From NCBI GenBank assembly GCA_016926055.1, contig JAFGPE010000046.1, positions 1 through 33,752 on the forward strand: a stretch of 33,752 nt of DNA, written 5' to 3'. Origin of the DNA: Candidatus Woesearchaeota archaeon (GTDB lineage: Archaea; Nanobdellota; Nanobdellia; Woesearchaeales; JAADFO01). Shown piece by piece: positions 1-7,962 of this stretch (position 1 is its first letter; each line of letters starts with the position of its first letter). The notes below the pieces were generated by a model that saw only the letters and a program-made list of their open reading frames with translations, did no database searches and had not been told where the DNA came from. Position numbers and translations under genes: made by a program.

Positions 1-77
1 AAAATTCCCGAAAGGAATTTTTTAGTGCAACAGAATTTCACGCCAACCGCTCATCCGAGATGAGTGGAATTCCGTTG
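1..77. repeat. Palindromic (MITE/REP-like) element, truncated by the window edge
   Basis: Hairpins AAAATTCC(1-8)/GGAATTTT(14-21), GCTCATC(49-55)/GATGAGT(59-65) and imperfect CAACAGAATTTC(28-39)/GGAATTCCGTTG(66-77). Confidence 0.55.
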
Positions 78-140
78 TTTAAAGAATAATCCGTTTTCCA
101 GCAAAAACTATTTTAAATAATATATAAAAACTGATTAGTT

Positions 141-351
141 ATGACTGAAAAAACATATGAAAAACTTATTGAATATTTTAATAAGAACAATGCAGATTGT
201 GAAGGATATCAATCCAGATGATGTGATATTTTTTGCATGCGCCCTTGCTTACGACAATTCAATTCTTTGGTCAGATGATAAAAAGCTGAAAAATCAAACC
301 AAAGTAAAAGTCCTCAACGCGCAGGAAATGAATGATGTTTTGAGTGAGTGA
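141..351 (+). pseudogene. PIN-domain (VapC-like) nuclease remnant, C-terminal half only
   Basis: NPDDVIFFACAL..ILWSDDKKLK matches the C-terminal acidic motifs of PIN domains. The N-terminal DTN strand is absent, and the upstream piece MTEKTYEK (141) is in a different frame. Confidence 0.65.
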
Positions 352-380
352 ATTAGATTCATTTAAGACAAATCATCAAT

Positions 381-1703
381 CTATAATCTAACATTAGAGC
401 CGTTATGCATCAGATGTACAGACCTATCTGCCTTATATCCCATGTCCTCTGCCAACCCATTCATTGCCGCTGTCATCTTCCTTGTGCCGTGTGCAGGAAT
501 TATATGTTCCGGCTTTACAAGGTTAATTAAGTCCCTTAAGTCCTCCCTAGCTGCATGCCCGCTCTGGTGAATGTCTTTGAAAATCCTGACACCGTCTTCT
601 GCAAGTACTCTTTCGATATAATCCCTGTTTGCAATATTTGTAGGAGTGGGAATTGTCTTGCAGGAAAATATCACATGGTCTTCTGACCTGAACTTAAAGT
701 CCATCTTGTTGTCAACCATCTTTGCCAATGTTGATTTTGGCTCCCCCTGGTGTCCTGTAACAACAAGAAGATATTTATGAACGCCGTCACGCTGAATGTG
801 CTTTAATTTTCTTTTTATCTTCTTGCTATACTTCACAATCTCGACTTCCTTTGAGAAATTAACCAAACCAACAGATTCCGCAGCATGAGTATATTTACCA
901 AGGCTTCTTCCGAGAAAAACAATCTTTCTTCCCAGCTTTCTGCCAAAATCTATTATTGAATTAAGCCTTGCAATATGTGAGGCAAATGTTGTAACAATCA
1001 TCGCCTTTCCCTTTGAGTTTGTGCCAAGCATCACATCCTTCAGCATCTGCTTTGCAACAGACTCAGAAGGCATCTTCATTGCATATTCAGCATAAGTGGA
1101 ATCGACAATTAATGCCCTTACCCCTTTTTTTCCAAGCTCCTCCAATCTCTCGAAGTTCGGCTTTTTCCCGAATGTTGGATAGAGGTCGAACTTGAAATCA
1201 TTTGCATAAAGGATTATGCCTTCCCTTGTATGGACAGCAACCATTGCCGTCTGCGGAGTAGAATGGGTTACATTTATGAGCTCTACCTTGATGTTGCTGG
1301 AGAGAGGATGGACTGAATGATGGGTAAGAGTCTTTATCTTGTTCTTCAGCTTTATCTTCTCATTGACCAAGGTACTATTCAGGACAGCGGTTGTATAGGG
1401 TGTTCCAAGAACATCCGCATCAAAGTTCTGTGACTGAAAAGGTATCGCTCCAAGATGGTCAAGATGCGCATGAGTCGGAATTATCCCCTTGACGTTAAGA
1501 TGCCTTATTCCGGCAATATCAGGAATTGCCCCGGCATCGACAAGCTCCTCGGGGTTTATGTTGAGGATGTCTTCATCCTCTGTATACTTAATATAGTTTT
1601 CAAGATGGATGCCCATGTCAAGGATAACTGCCTCTCCGCCCACCTCCACACAGGTCATATTCTTGCCAACTTCATTGTATCCGCCCACTGCATGGATTTT
1701 CAT
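381..1703 (-). CDS. rnj: Ribonuclease J (beta-CASP metallo-beta-lactamase)
   Basis: GGYNEVGKNM, THAHLDH, GHQGEP, HQSGHA and IPAHG motifs. Confidence 0.93.
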   Translation of the reverse strand: MKIHAVGGYNEVGKNMTCVEVGGEAVILDMGIHLENYIKYTEDEDILNINPEELVDAGAIPDIAGIRHLNVKGIIPTHAHLDHLGAIPFQSQNFDADVLGTPYTTAVLNSTLVNEKIKLKNKIKTLTHHSVHPLSSNIKVELINVTHSTPQTAMVAVHTREGIILYANDFKFDLYPTFGKKPNFERLEELGKKGVRALIVDSTYAEYAMKMPSESVAKQMLKDVMLGTNSKGKAMIVTTFASHIARLNSIIDFGRKLGRKIVFLGRSLGKYTHAAESVGLVNFSKEVEIVKYSKKIKRKLKHIQRDGVHKYLLVVTGHQGEPKSTLAKMVDNKMDFKFRSEDHVIFSCKTIPTPTNIANRDYIERVLAEDGVRIFKDIHQSGHAAREDLRDLINLVKPEHIIPAHGTRKMTAAMNGLAEDMGYKADRSVHLMHNGSNVRL

Positions 1704-1742
1704 AAGAGAAAAGAAGATATTTGATTAGTATAAAAAGGTTTG

Positions 1743-4700
1743 TTATTTGTAATCATTCCACGCCCTGATTTCAAGGTCATCCATCTTTGTCTCAAGAAGC
1801 GCATCAACAAATACCTTCGTTATCTGAATGTTTGTGAGCAAAGGTATTGAGTAATCGACAGCATTCCTCCTTATCAAGTAATTGTCCTCTGTCACACTCC
1901 TATCAAAATCGTCGGGAATATTTATGACAAAATCGAGCTTCTTTTTCTGCATCAGGGTGATTATATTATCTTGCTTTTGGGAATTGTGGGCTTTATACAC
2001 CATTTTGTTTGGAATATTCTTTGATGTCAGGAATTCTGAAGTATGCTTCGTTGCAAATATATTGAAGCCGGCAGACGATAATGATTTTATTGTGGGCAGC
2101 AGTTTATGTTTGTTCTCATCGCCGCCAAGGCTCACAAGGACATCCTTTTTAGGCAACTCCATCCCGACAGAAAGTATCGACTTCAGGAATGCCTCGTTCA
2201 AAGTCGTACCTATTGTTGCAACCTCTCCAGTGGATGCCATCTCGACAGAAAGAACAGGGTCTGCTCCCCTAAGCCTTGAGAAAGAGAACTGCGGGGCTTT
2301 TACTCCAACCCAATCGAGGTCAAGCGTGTTAAAAGTACCTCTCGGCTTTTTTCCCATTATTGCCTTTGTTGCCAAATCAATAAAGTTTATCTTTGATACC
2401 TTTGAGACAAAAGGAAAGCTCCTTGAAGCCCTCAGGTTTAATTCAATAACCTTGATATGATTCTCTTTTGCAATGAACTGCATATTGAAAGGGCCCGTAA
2501 TCTTCAATCTCGAAGCAACATCCTTCGCAATCTTTTTTATTCTCCTGATTGTCTCGATATATGTCAGCTGGGGTGGAAACACCATTGTTGCATCTCCAGA
2601 ATGAACCCCTGCATTTTCTATGTGCTCGCTTATGGCATAGATTATGATTTTGCCATTATCTGCAACTGCATCAATCTCTATCTCCTTTGCATTTGTTATG
2701 AATTTGGAAATCACAACCGGGTGCTCGCTTGAAACATCAGTTGCTTTCTTCAGGAACTGAGCAAGGTCTTCGTGGTTGAATGCAACACTCATAGCTGCGC
2801 CTGAAAGAACATAGCTTGGCCTTATAAGAACCGGATAGCCCGCCTTGTCGGCAAACCGTTTTGCCTCTTCCACAGTCGTCAGCTCTTTCCATTCTGGCTG
2901 GTCGATGCCAAGCTCGTCAAGAAGTTTTGAGAACTTGTGCCTGTCCTCTGCATTGTCTATTGAAAGAGGGCTGGTCCCAAGAACATTCAATCCTGATTCA
3001 TGGCATTTCATCGCAATGTTATTTGGAATCTGGCCTCCTGTGGAAAGTATCATTCCATAAGGCTGCTCCTTTAAGTAAATCTCGTTGACTGTTTCGAAGG
3101 AAAGTTCGTCAAAATAGAGCTTGTCGCAGATATCATAGTCTGTTGAAACAGTCTCGGGATTGTAGTTTATCATTATGGTGCCATAGCCAAGCTTTCTTAA
3201 AGCGAATACTGAGTTAACGCAGCACCAGTCGAATTCAACAGAACTTCCAATCCTGTATGCTCCTCCTCCAAGGACAACAACAGCATTTTTATTTGCTTTT
3301 GAATAATCAATATCATCTTCCGCTGCATTGTAGGTCAGATAAAGGTAATTTGTCTTTGCAGGGTATTCTGCAGCCAATGTATCAATCTGCTTCACGAACG
3401 GATGGATGTTGTATTTTTTCCTCAAATCAAGAATGTGATTTTCGCTTGTATTGTAAATCAGGGAAAGCTGCCTGTCTGAAAAGCCAATCTTCTTCGCCTC
3501 AAGCAATAGCTCTCTTGTCTTTGGATTTGATTTGAGTTTTTTCTCCATTTCGACAATGTTTTGCATCTTGTAGATAAACCACTTGTCTATCCTTGAAAGC
3601 TCGTAAATCCTATCAACAGAGATTCCCTGTTTTATCGCCTGTATGACAGCAAAAGCTCTTTTGTCAGTCGGATTCTTCAGTTCATGCTCGACATCATCGA
3701 AGCGTATCCTGCCATTATTTGCGACAACGCCATTCATCCCCTGACCAAGCATCCTTATCGCCTTCTGGAAAGTTTCCTCGAAATTCCTGCCTATAGCCAT
3801 CACTTCTCCAACGGATTTCATCTCCGAGCCAATCTGCTTTGACACTTTAGTGAATTTCTCAAGGTCCCATCTTGGAATCTTGACAACAATATAATCCAGC
3901 GCAGGCTCGAAACATGTGCTTGTGATTTTTGTGATTGAGTTTTTAAGCTCCATTATGGAATGGCCTAGAGAAAGCTTTGCAGCAACAAAAGCAAGAGGAT
4001 ATCCTGTTGCCTTTGACGCAAGGGCTGAGCTTCTTGAAAGCCTCGCATTTACCTCTATAATTCGGTAATCCTCGCTAGTTGGGTCTAAAGCAAACTGTAT
4101 GTTGCACTCGCCGATTATTCCAAGATGCCTTATAACCCTTATGGAGATTTCCCTAAGCTTGTGGTATTCTGAATCTGTAAGAGTCTGGCTTGGAGCGACG
4201 ACAATTGACTCTCCAGTATGGATGCCAAGAGGATCGAAGTTTTCCATGTTGCACACAGTAATACAGTTGTCATGGCAATCTCTCACAACCTCATATTCAA
4301 CCTCTTTCCAGCCCGCAAGGCATTCCTCAATGAGGATTTGCTTAATATATGTAAAAGCTTTTGTTGCCATTTCAAAAAGCTGATCCTTTGTCCTTGCAAC
4401 ACCTGAACCCCTGCCACCAAGAGCGTATGCAACTCTTACCATCACAGGATATCCTATCATCGCCGCCGCCTTCAATGCATCCTCAACATTGTTAACCGCT
4501 TCACTCTTGGGTGTTTTTGCATCAATTTTGTTTAATTCATGGACGAATAATGCTCTGTCCTCTGTGTTGATAATGGTCTCGACCGGGGTTCCAAGAACCT
4601 TAACACCATATTTCTTGAAGGTACCGCTATTGAACAACTCAACGCCGCAATTAAGCGCTGTCTGGCCGCCAAAGCTAAGAAGGATTCCATCAGGCTTTTC

Positions 4701-4952
4701 CCTTGCAATCACCTTCTCGACAAAAAAAGGGGTCACCGGAAGGAAATAAATCCTATCTGCCATTCCTTCGGATGTCTGTATTGTAGCAATGTTAGGATTA
4801 ATCAAAACAGTTTTTATTCCCTCTTCCCTGAGGGCTTTCAGCGCCTGGGAGCCGGAGTAGTCGAACTCGCCAGCTTCACCAATTTTTAACGCGCCTGAAC
4901 CCAGGACAATTACTTTTCTTATTTTATGCTGACGGAGATTTTTATTTTTCAT
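1743..4952 (-). CDS. carB: Carbamoyl-phosphate synthase large subunit
   Basis: GEFDYSGSQA, two ATP-grasp halves, GVHSGDA, NPETVSTDYD and a C-terminal MGS domain. Confidence 0.98.
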   Translation of the reverse strand: MKNKNLRQHKIRKVIVLGSGALKIGEAGEFDYSGSQALKALREEGIKTVLINPNIATIQTSEGMADRIYFLPVTPFFVEKVIAREKPDGILLSFGGQTALNCGVELFNSGTFKKYGVKVLGTPVETIINTEDRALFVHELNKIDAKTPKSEAVNNVEDALKAAAMIGYPVMVRVAYALGGRGSGVARTKDQLFEMATKAFTYIKQILIEECLAGWKEVEYEVVRDCHDNCITVCNMENFDPLGIHTGESIVVAPSQTLTDSEYHKLREISIRVIRHLGIIGECNIQFALDPTSEDYRIIEVNARLSRSSALASKATGYPLAFVAAKLSLGHSIMELKNSITKITSTCFEPALDYIVVKIPRWDLEKFTKVSKQIGSEMKSVGEVMAIGRNFEETFQKAIRMLGQGMNGVVANNGRIRFDDVEHELKNPTDKRAFAVIQAIKQGISVDRIYELSRIDKWFIYKMQNIVEMEKKLKSNPKTRELLLEAKKIGFSDRQLSLIYNTSENHILDLRKKYNIHPFVKQIDTLAAEYPAKTNYLYLTYNAAEDDIDYSKANKNAVVVLGGGAYRIGSSVEFDWCCVNSVFALRKLGYGTIMINYNPETVSTDYDICDKLYFDELSFETVNEIYLKEQPYGMILSTGGQIPNNIAMKCHESGLNVLGTSPLSIDNAEDRHKFSKLLDELGIDQPEWKELTTVEEAKRFADKAGYPVLIRPSYVLSGAAMSVAFNHEDLAQFLKKATDVSSEHPVVISKFITNAKEIEIDAVADNGKIIIYAISEHIENAGVHSGDATMVFPPQLTYIETIRRIKKIAKDVASRLKITGPFNMQFIAKENHIKVIELNLRASRSFPFVSKVSKINFIDLATKAIMGKKPRGTFNTLDLDWVGVKAPQFSFSRLRGADPVLSVEMASTGEVATIGTTLNEAFLKSILSVGMELPKKDVLVSLGGDENKHKLLPTIKSLSSAGFNIFATKHTSEFLTSKNIPNKMVYKAHNSQKQDNIITLMQKKKLDFVINIPDDFDRSVTEDNYLIRRNAVDYSIPLLTNIQITKVFVDALLETKMDDLEIRAWNDYK

Positions 4953-6019
4953 TTCTTCACCAGTTCTGCAAATTTATCAAAAAGAAAGTTAGTATCAACT
5001 GGACCAGGAGTTGCCTCTGGATGGAACTGAACAGACATGAATGGTTTTTTCCTGTGCCGTATCCCTTCGTTTGTCCCATCGTTAGCATTAACGAACCATT
5101 CTTCCCAGTCATTTGGAAGGGATTTTGCATCTACTGCAAATCCATGGTTCTGGCTTGTGATGAAGCAGCGCCTTGTTCCCTCCAGCACGCAGGGCTGGTT
5201 CTGGCTACGGTGGCCGAACTTTAGCTTATATGTGTTTGCTCCTGCAGCAAGAGCAAGAATCTGGTTTCCAAGACAAATACCGAATACTGGCTTATCCTGA
5301 CTTAGTGCTTTCTTTATATTCTCTATTGTTACCTTGCAGGTCTTCGGATTACCGGGACCGTTGCTTATGAAGATCCCGTCATAGCATTCCTCACTGAAAT
5401 CATACTCAAACGGCACCCTCTTGACATAAAGATTTCTTTTCACTAGCTCCCTCACAATGTTATTCTTTGCACCTGTATCGACGAGTATGATTTTAGACTT
5501 CGCCCCCTCGTTATATTCCAGAGGTTCTTTTATTGTAACTTCAGCAACGAGATTTCTTTTGTTCTGGTCCTCAAAAGGGATGTCTTTTTCGAAAATAATC
5601 TTTCCAAGCATCACTCCATTATGTCTTAATTTTTTTGTCAGAGCTCTTGTATCCATTCCTCTCAAGGCCGGAACTCTGTTTTCCTTTAGCCACTCTGAAA
5701 GTGTTTTCTTGCAACCCCAATGGCTGGGCTTCTCACAATAATCATCTATTATTAATCCTGAAATTTGAATCCTGTCAGATTCGAAATGAGAAAGAAGAGC
5801 ATAATCATCCTTTTCTGCTCCTGGGACACCATAGTTTCCTATCAGCGGATAAGTCAAGACAAGGATTTGCCCTCGATAAGAAGGGTCTGTAAAGGACTGG
5901 GGATAACCGACCATGCCTGTGTTAAAAACGACCTCCCCCGATATAGAGTTCTCATGCCCGAAAGAGAAGCCCTCAAACTCTGTACCGTCCTCAAGAACAA
6001 GCTTTGCTTTTCTATCCAT
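4949..6019 (-). CDS. carA: Carbamoyl-phosphate synthase small subunit
   Basis: GEVVFNTGMVGY, GICLG nucleophile elbow, SQNHGF and QFHPE; 4-nt overlap with carB. Confidence 0.98.
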   Translation of the reverse strand: MDRKAKLVLEDGTEFEGFSFGHENSISGEVVFNTGMVGYPQSFTDPSYRGQILVLTYPLIGNYGVPGAEKDDYALLSHFESDRIQISGLIIDDYCEKPSHWGCKKTLSEWLKENRVPALRGMDTRALTKKLRHNGVMLGKIIFEKDIPFEDQNKRNLVAEVTIKEPLEYNEGAKSKIILVDTGAKNNIVRELVKRNLYVKRVPFEYDFSEECYDGIFISNGPGNPKTCKVTIENIKKALSQDKPVFGICLGNQILALAAGANTYKLKFGHRSQNQPCVLEGTRRCFITSQNHGFAVDAKSLPNDWEEWFVNANDGTNEGIRHRKKPFMSVQFHPEATPGPVDTNFLFDKFAELVKK

Positions 6020-6146
6020 CCTAAAAAAAGAAGATGATTAGCAACCATTTATATTGTTTGCGGTTTCTGAAACAAAATTGTTGTCATTATCAAATACTAC
6101 ACAAAGTTTTAATACTCACCAACTTTTTTACCCGGAGGGGTGAAAT

Positions 6147-6866
6147 ATGGGACTATTTGGTTTGAAGAAAAAGCCAAAAACAGAAATAGGTTCAGCTGAC
6201 CTGCCTCCACCTGTGCCTCCCGGAGAAGAGCTAGATGGAGATATTCCTGCACCGCCTTCTGATTTTGATTTGAATATGCCGCTGCCACCAGGCTCTGTGG
6301 ACCAAAATAACGACAGCTTTCCTGAACCGCCGGAAATAAATGAAGATCAGCCGTTCGAGATGCCGAGCTTTCCTGAACCGCCGCAGGAAAATATGGATTT
6401 TAGCCTCCCGCCGATGGGCGATGATTCAACATTCTCTCAGGGCAATATGCCTCCCCGCAAAGAGGAACCGATTGCTTCTCCTAAACAGGAACCTGTGCCA
6501 ACTTCACCTCAACCAGCAATAAAACAAAGCTCTGTCCAGCCGAATCGACAAGAACCGGTGCAAGCAAAGCAACCACCAGAGCAGACTCCACAACAAACCG
6601 TTCAGCCGCAAGAAGAGCCGAAACCTGTGGAACAAAAAAGAATTGATTTTTCAAACCCGTTGTTCGTTCCGATAGAGGAATACAAAGAAACTGAAAAGAA
6701 TGTCAATAATGTAAATGCTGATGTAAAAAGAGCAGAGGACAACCTCGAGAGATTAAGCAGCATTGAATCTGAAGGGAGCGTTGTGATGGAGAGAATCACA
6801 AAGAATGCTGATTTCGTCTTGAAGAAATTAAGCATAATCGATAAGAAGCTGTTCAAAAAAGGGTGA
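6147..6866 (+). CDS. Hypothetical protein: basic N-terminus, Pro/Gln-rich linker, C-terminal coiled coil
   Basis: Long ORF with SD-like GGAGGGGTGA upstream; first of three closely spaced genes. Confidence 0.85.
   Translation: MGLFGLKKKPKTEIGSADLPPPVPPGEELDGDIPAPPSDFDLNMPLPPGSVDQNNDSFPEPPEINEDQPFEMPSFPEPPQENMDFSLPPMGDDSTFSQGNMPPRKEEPIASPKQEPVPTSPQPAIKQSSVQPNRQEPVQAKQPPEQTPQQTVQPQEEPKPVEQKRIDFSNPLFVPIEEYKETEKNVNNVNADVKRAEDNLERLSSIESEGSVVMERITKNADFVLKKLSIIDKKLFKKG
6315..6383 (+). repeat. 18-bp direct repeat AGCTTTCCTGAACCGCCG (SFPEPP x2), 51 bp apart
   Basis: Exact copies at 6315-6332 and 6366-6383. Confidence 0.9.
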
Positions 6867-6870
6867 TTTC

Positions 6871-7092
6871 ATGAAAGAGTCCCAGTTTTTCGTTAAGATA
6901 AACGAGTTTAAGGAGATATTTGATATTGTCAACACGATAAAAGCCAAGCTGGATGAAGCACACAAGAGCTTCGAGAAGATATATGGCCTAAAAGCTGAGG
7001 AAGAAAAGTTTTTGGAACAGTGGAAGCAAGACATTGACGAGGTTGAAAGAAAAATCGGTTTTGTCGAAGGGGTATTGTTTACCCGGGAATGA
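6871..7092 (+). CDS. Small coiled-coil hypothetical protein
   Basis: SD GGGTGA; similar to the C-terminal domain of the upstream ORF (FV.I.E.KE...L..I). Confidence 0.8.
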   Translation: MKESQFFVKINEFKEIFDIVNTIKAKLDEAHKSFEKIYGLKAEEEKFLEQWKQDIDEVERKIGFVEGVLFTRE

Positions 7093-7102
7093 GGTTTGAG
7101 TG

Positions 7103-7498
7103 ATGAAGGAAAAAACAGAGGCAGATTTTTTCGTGGAACTTAAGGATCCTGTTGAGTTGAGGAGAGCTGTACTTGAAGCTTCAAAGAAATCGATAAGGTT
7201 TTTGCAGAATTACGAGAGCATAAAGAAAAACAGGACAGAGAAAAGCGAGGAGATTGAGAGATTAAAGGCCACAATAAAAGAGATAAGTCTCCTTTTCACA
7301 AGACTGAAGGCAGAGCTTCCTAAAGTGAAGGACGTTCTGCCGCCTGAGTTCAAGAAATTCTTCCATTCAAGACCTGTAACTGTAAAAGTCGTAAAGCCGC
7401 CCATTGCCTCGGTTGAAATAAGACCTAGGGAGAAGGAGATAAATAAGCTGGAGCAGGAACTAAAGGACATTGAATCGGAGCTTGAAAGGCTAAGTTAA
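7103..7498 (+). CDS. Coiled-coil hypothetical protein
   Basis: SD GAGGT; begins with a similar FFVEL motif followed by heptads, and ends in a short coiled coil (LEQELKDIESELERL). Confidence 0.8.
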   Translation: MKEKTEADFFVELKDPVELRRAVLEASKKSIRFLQNYESIKKNRTEKSEEIERLKATIKEISLLFTRLKAELPKVKDVLPPEFKKFFHSRPVTVKVVKPPIASVEIRPREKEINKLEQELKDIESELERLS

Positions 7499-7542
7499 TT
7501 CTTTAGATTTTTTCACCTCATTGATTTTCTTCAGCAGTAACA

Positions 7543-7550
7543 TTTTTAAA
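7543..7550 (+). promoter_or_regulatory. TATA box of the first tRNA-Leu locus
   Basis: TTTTTAAA about 24 nt upstream of 7574, the start of the duplicated tRNA 5' end. Confidence 0.55.
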
Positions 7551-7573
7551 ACAGAGTTAATTCTCCTTGCATC

Positions 7574-7628
7574 GAGGGGATGCCGGAGAACATCTGGCGT
7601 TCCGGCGCCGGTGTCTGGACTGGCCAAA
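7574..7628 (+). repeat. Duplicated tRNA-Leu 5' fragment containing a 32-nt BHB-type intron (7589-7620) at position 15/16
   Basis: GAGGGGATGCCGGAG[insert]TGGCCAAA equals the first 23 nt of the tRNA at 7631 with one mismatch. Helix CCGG(7583-86)/CTGG(7615-18), bulges AG^A and AC^T, inner stem ACATC/GGTGT. Confidence 0.75.
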
Positions 7629-7630
7629 AT

Positions 7631-7794
7631 GCGGGGATGCCGGAGTGGCCAAACGGGATAGATTTCCGACGTCAAGGCGCTAGAAAATCCAAACTCAAGT
7701 TATTGAGTGATGAGGTCCTAAAAGGATCGATGAAATGCTCTATGGGCCATCTATTGGCTTAGTGCCTACGGGGGTTCAAATCCTCCTCCCCGCA
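7631..7794 (+). tRNA. tRNA-Leu(CAA) with two introns: 7662-7692 (30/31) and 7700-7748 (37/38)
   Basis: Acceptor GCGGGGA/TCCCCGC with A73, long variable arm, T-arm GGGGG-TTCAAAT-CCTCC. Intron 1 BHB: GGAT/ATCC, bulges AG^A and AA^A, inner TTTC/GAAA. Intron 2 BHB: CTCA/TGGG, bulges AG^T and CC^A. Spliced arm is ATAGA-CTCAAGA-TCTAT. Confidence 0.88.
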
Positions 7795-7815
7795 TATTTT
7801 TAATTTCCTAGAAAG

Positions 7816-7823
7816 TTATATAA
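7816..7823 (+). promoter_or_regulatory. BRE/TATA promoter for the structured leader and LAGLIDADG gene
   Basis: GAAAG-TTATATAA, predicting a start near 7847-7850. Confidence 0.55.
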
Positions 7824-7857
7824 ACAAATCTTTAACTATTTTTTGTTATCAACGATA

Positions 7858-7955
7858 TGTCAAAAACCACCGGTCAAAGACCAGCGGCATGTTGCTTCGT
7901 AAGCGACAGAAGATGTAATGGTTTTTGACACCTCGGAATTCTACGAATGACCGGT
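7858..7955 (+). ncRNA. Structured leader or element upstream of the LAGLIDADG gene
   Basis: Perfect 12-bp IR TGTCAAAAACCA(7858-69)/TGGTTTTTGACA(7919-30) enclosing hairpins GGTC-AAA-GACC and TGTTGCTT-CGT-AAGCGACA. Additional 8-bp pairing ACCGGTCA(7869-76)/TGACCGGT(7948-55). Confidence 0.65.
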
Positions 7956-7962
7956 AGTTTAA

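Noticed and set aside
1882-2460. Long antisense ORFs (also 18985-19581, 25012-25680, 25756-26223)
   Set aside because: They are shadows of well-supported genes on the opposite strand.
7705-7740. Hammerhead ribozyme core (TGATGA-stem-GAAA)
   Set aside because: It lacks the C of CUGANGA, has GAT inserted before GAAA, and stems I and III cannot be formed.
7663-7749. Leu-body tRNA with a Gly (TCC) anticodon and one 80-nt intron, implying recoding
   Set aside because: The required BHB helix TTTC/TGGG is poor. The two-intron model gives two good BHB motifs and a canonical Leu(CAA) loop.
7580-7762. 60-aa ORF, its antisense ORF 7490-7675, and ORF 8775-8963
   Set aside because: They overlap tRNA genes and leaders and show no protein features.
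7885-7890. CGGCAT in the leader, complementary to tRNA ATGCCG, as a possible guide
   Set aside because: Only 6 nt, which is expected by chance.
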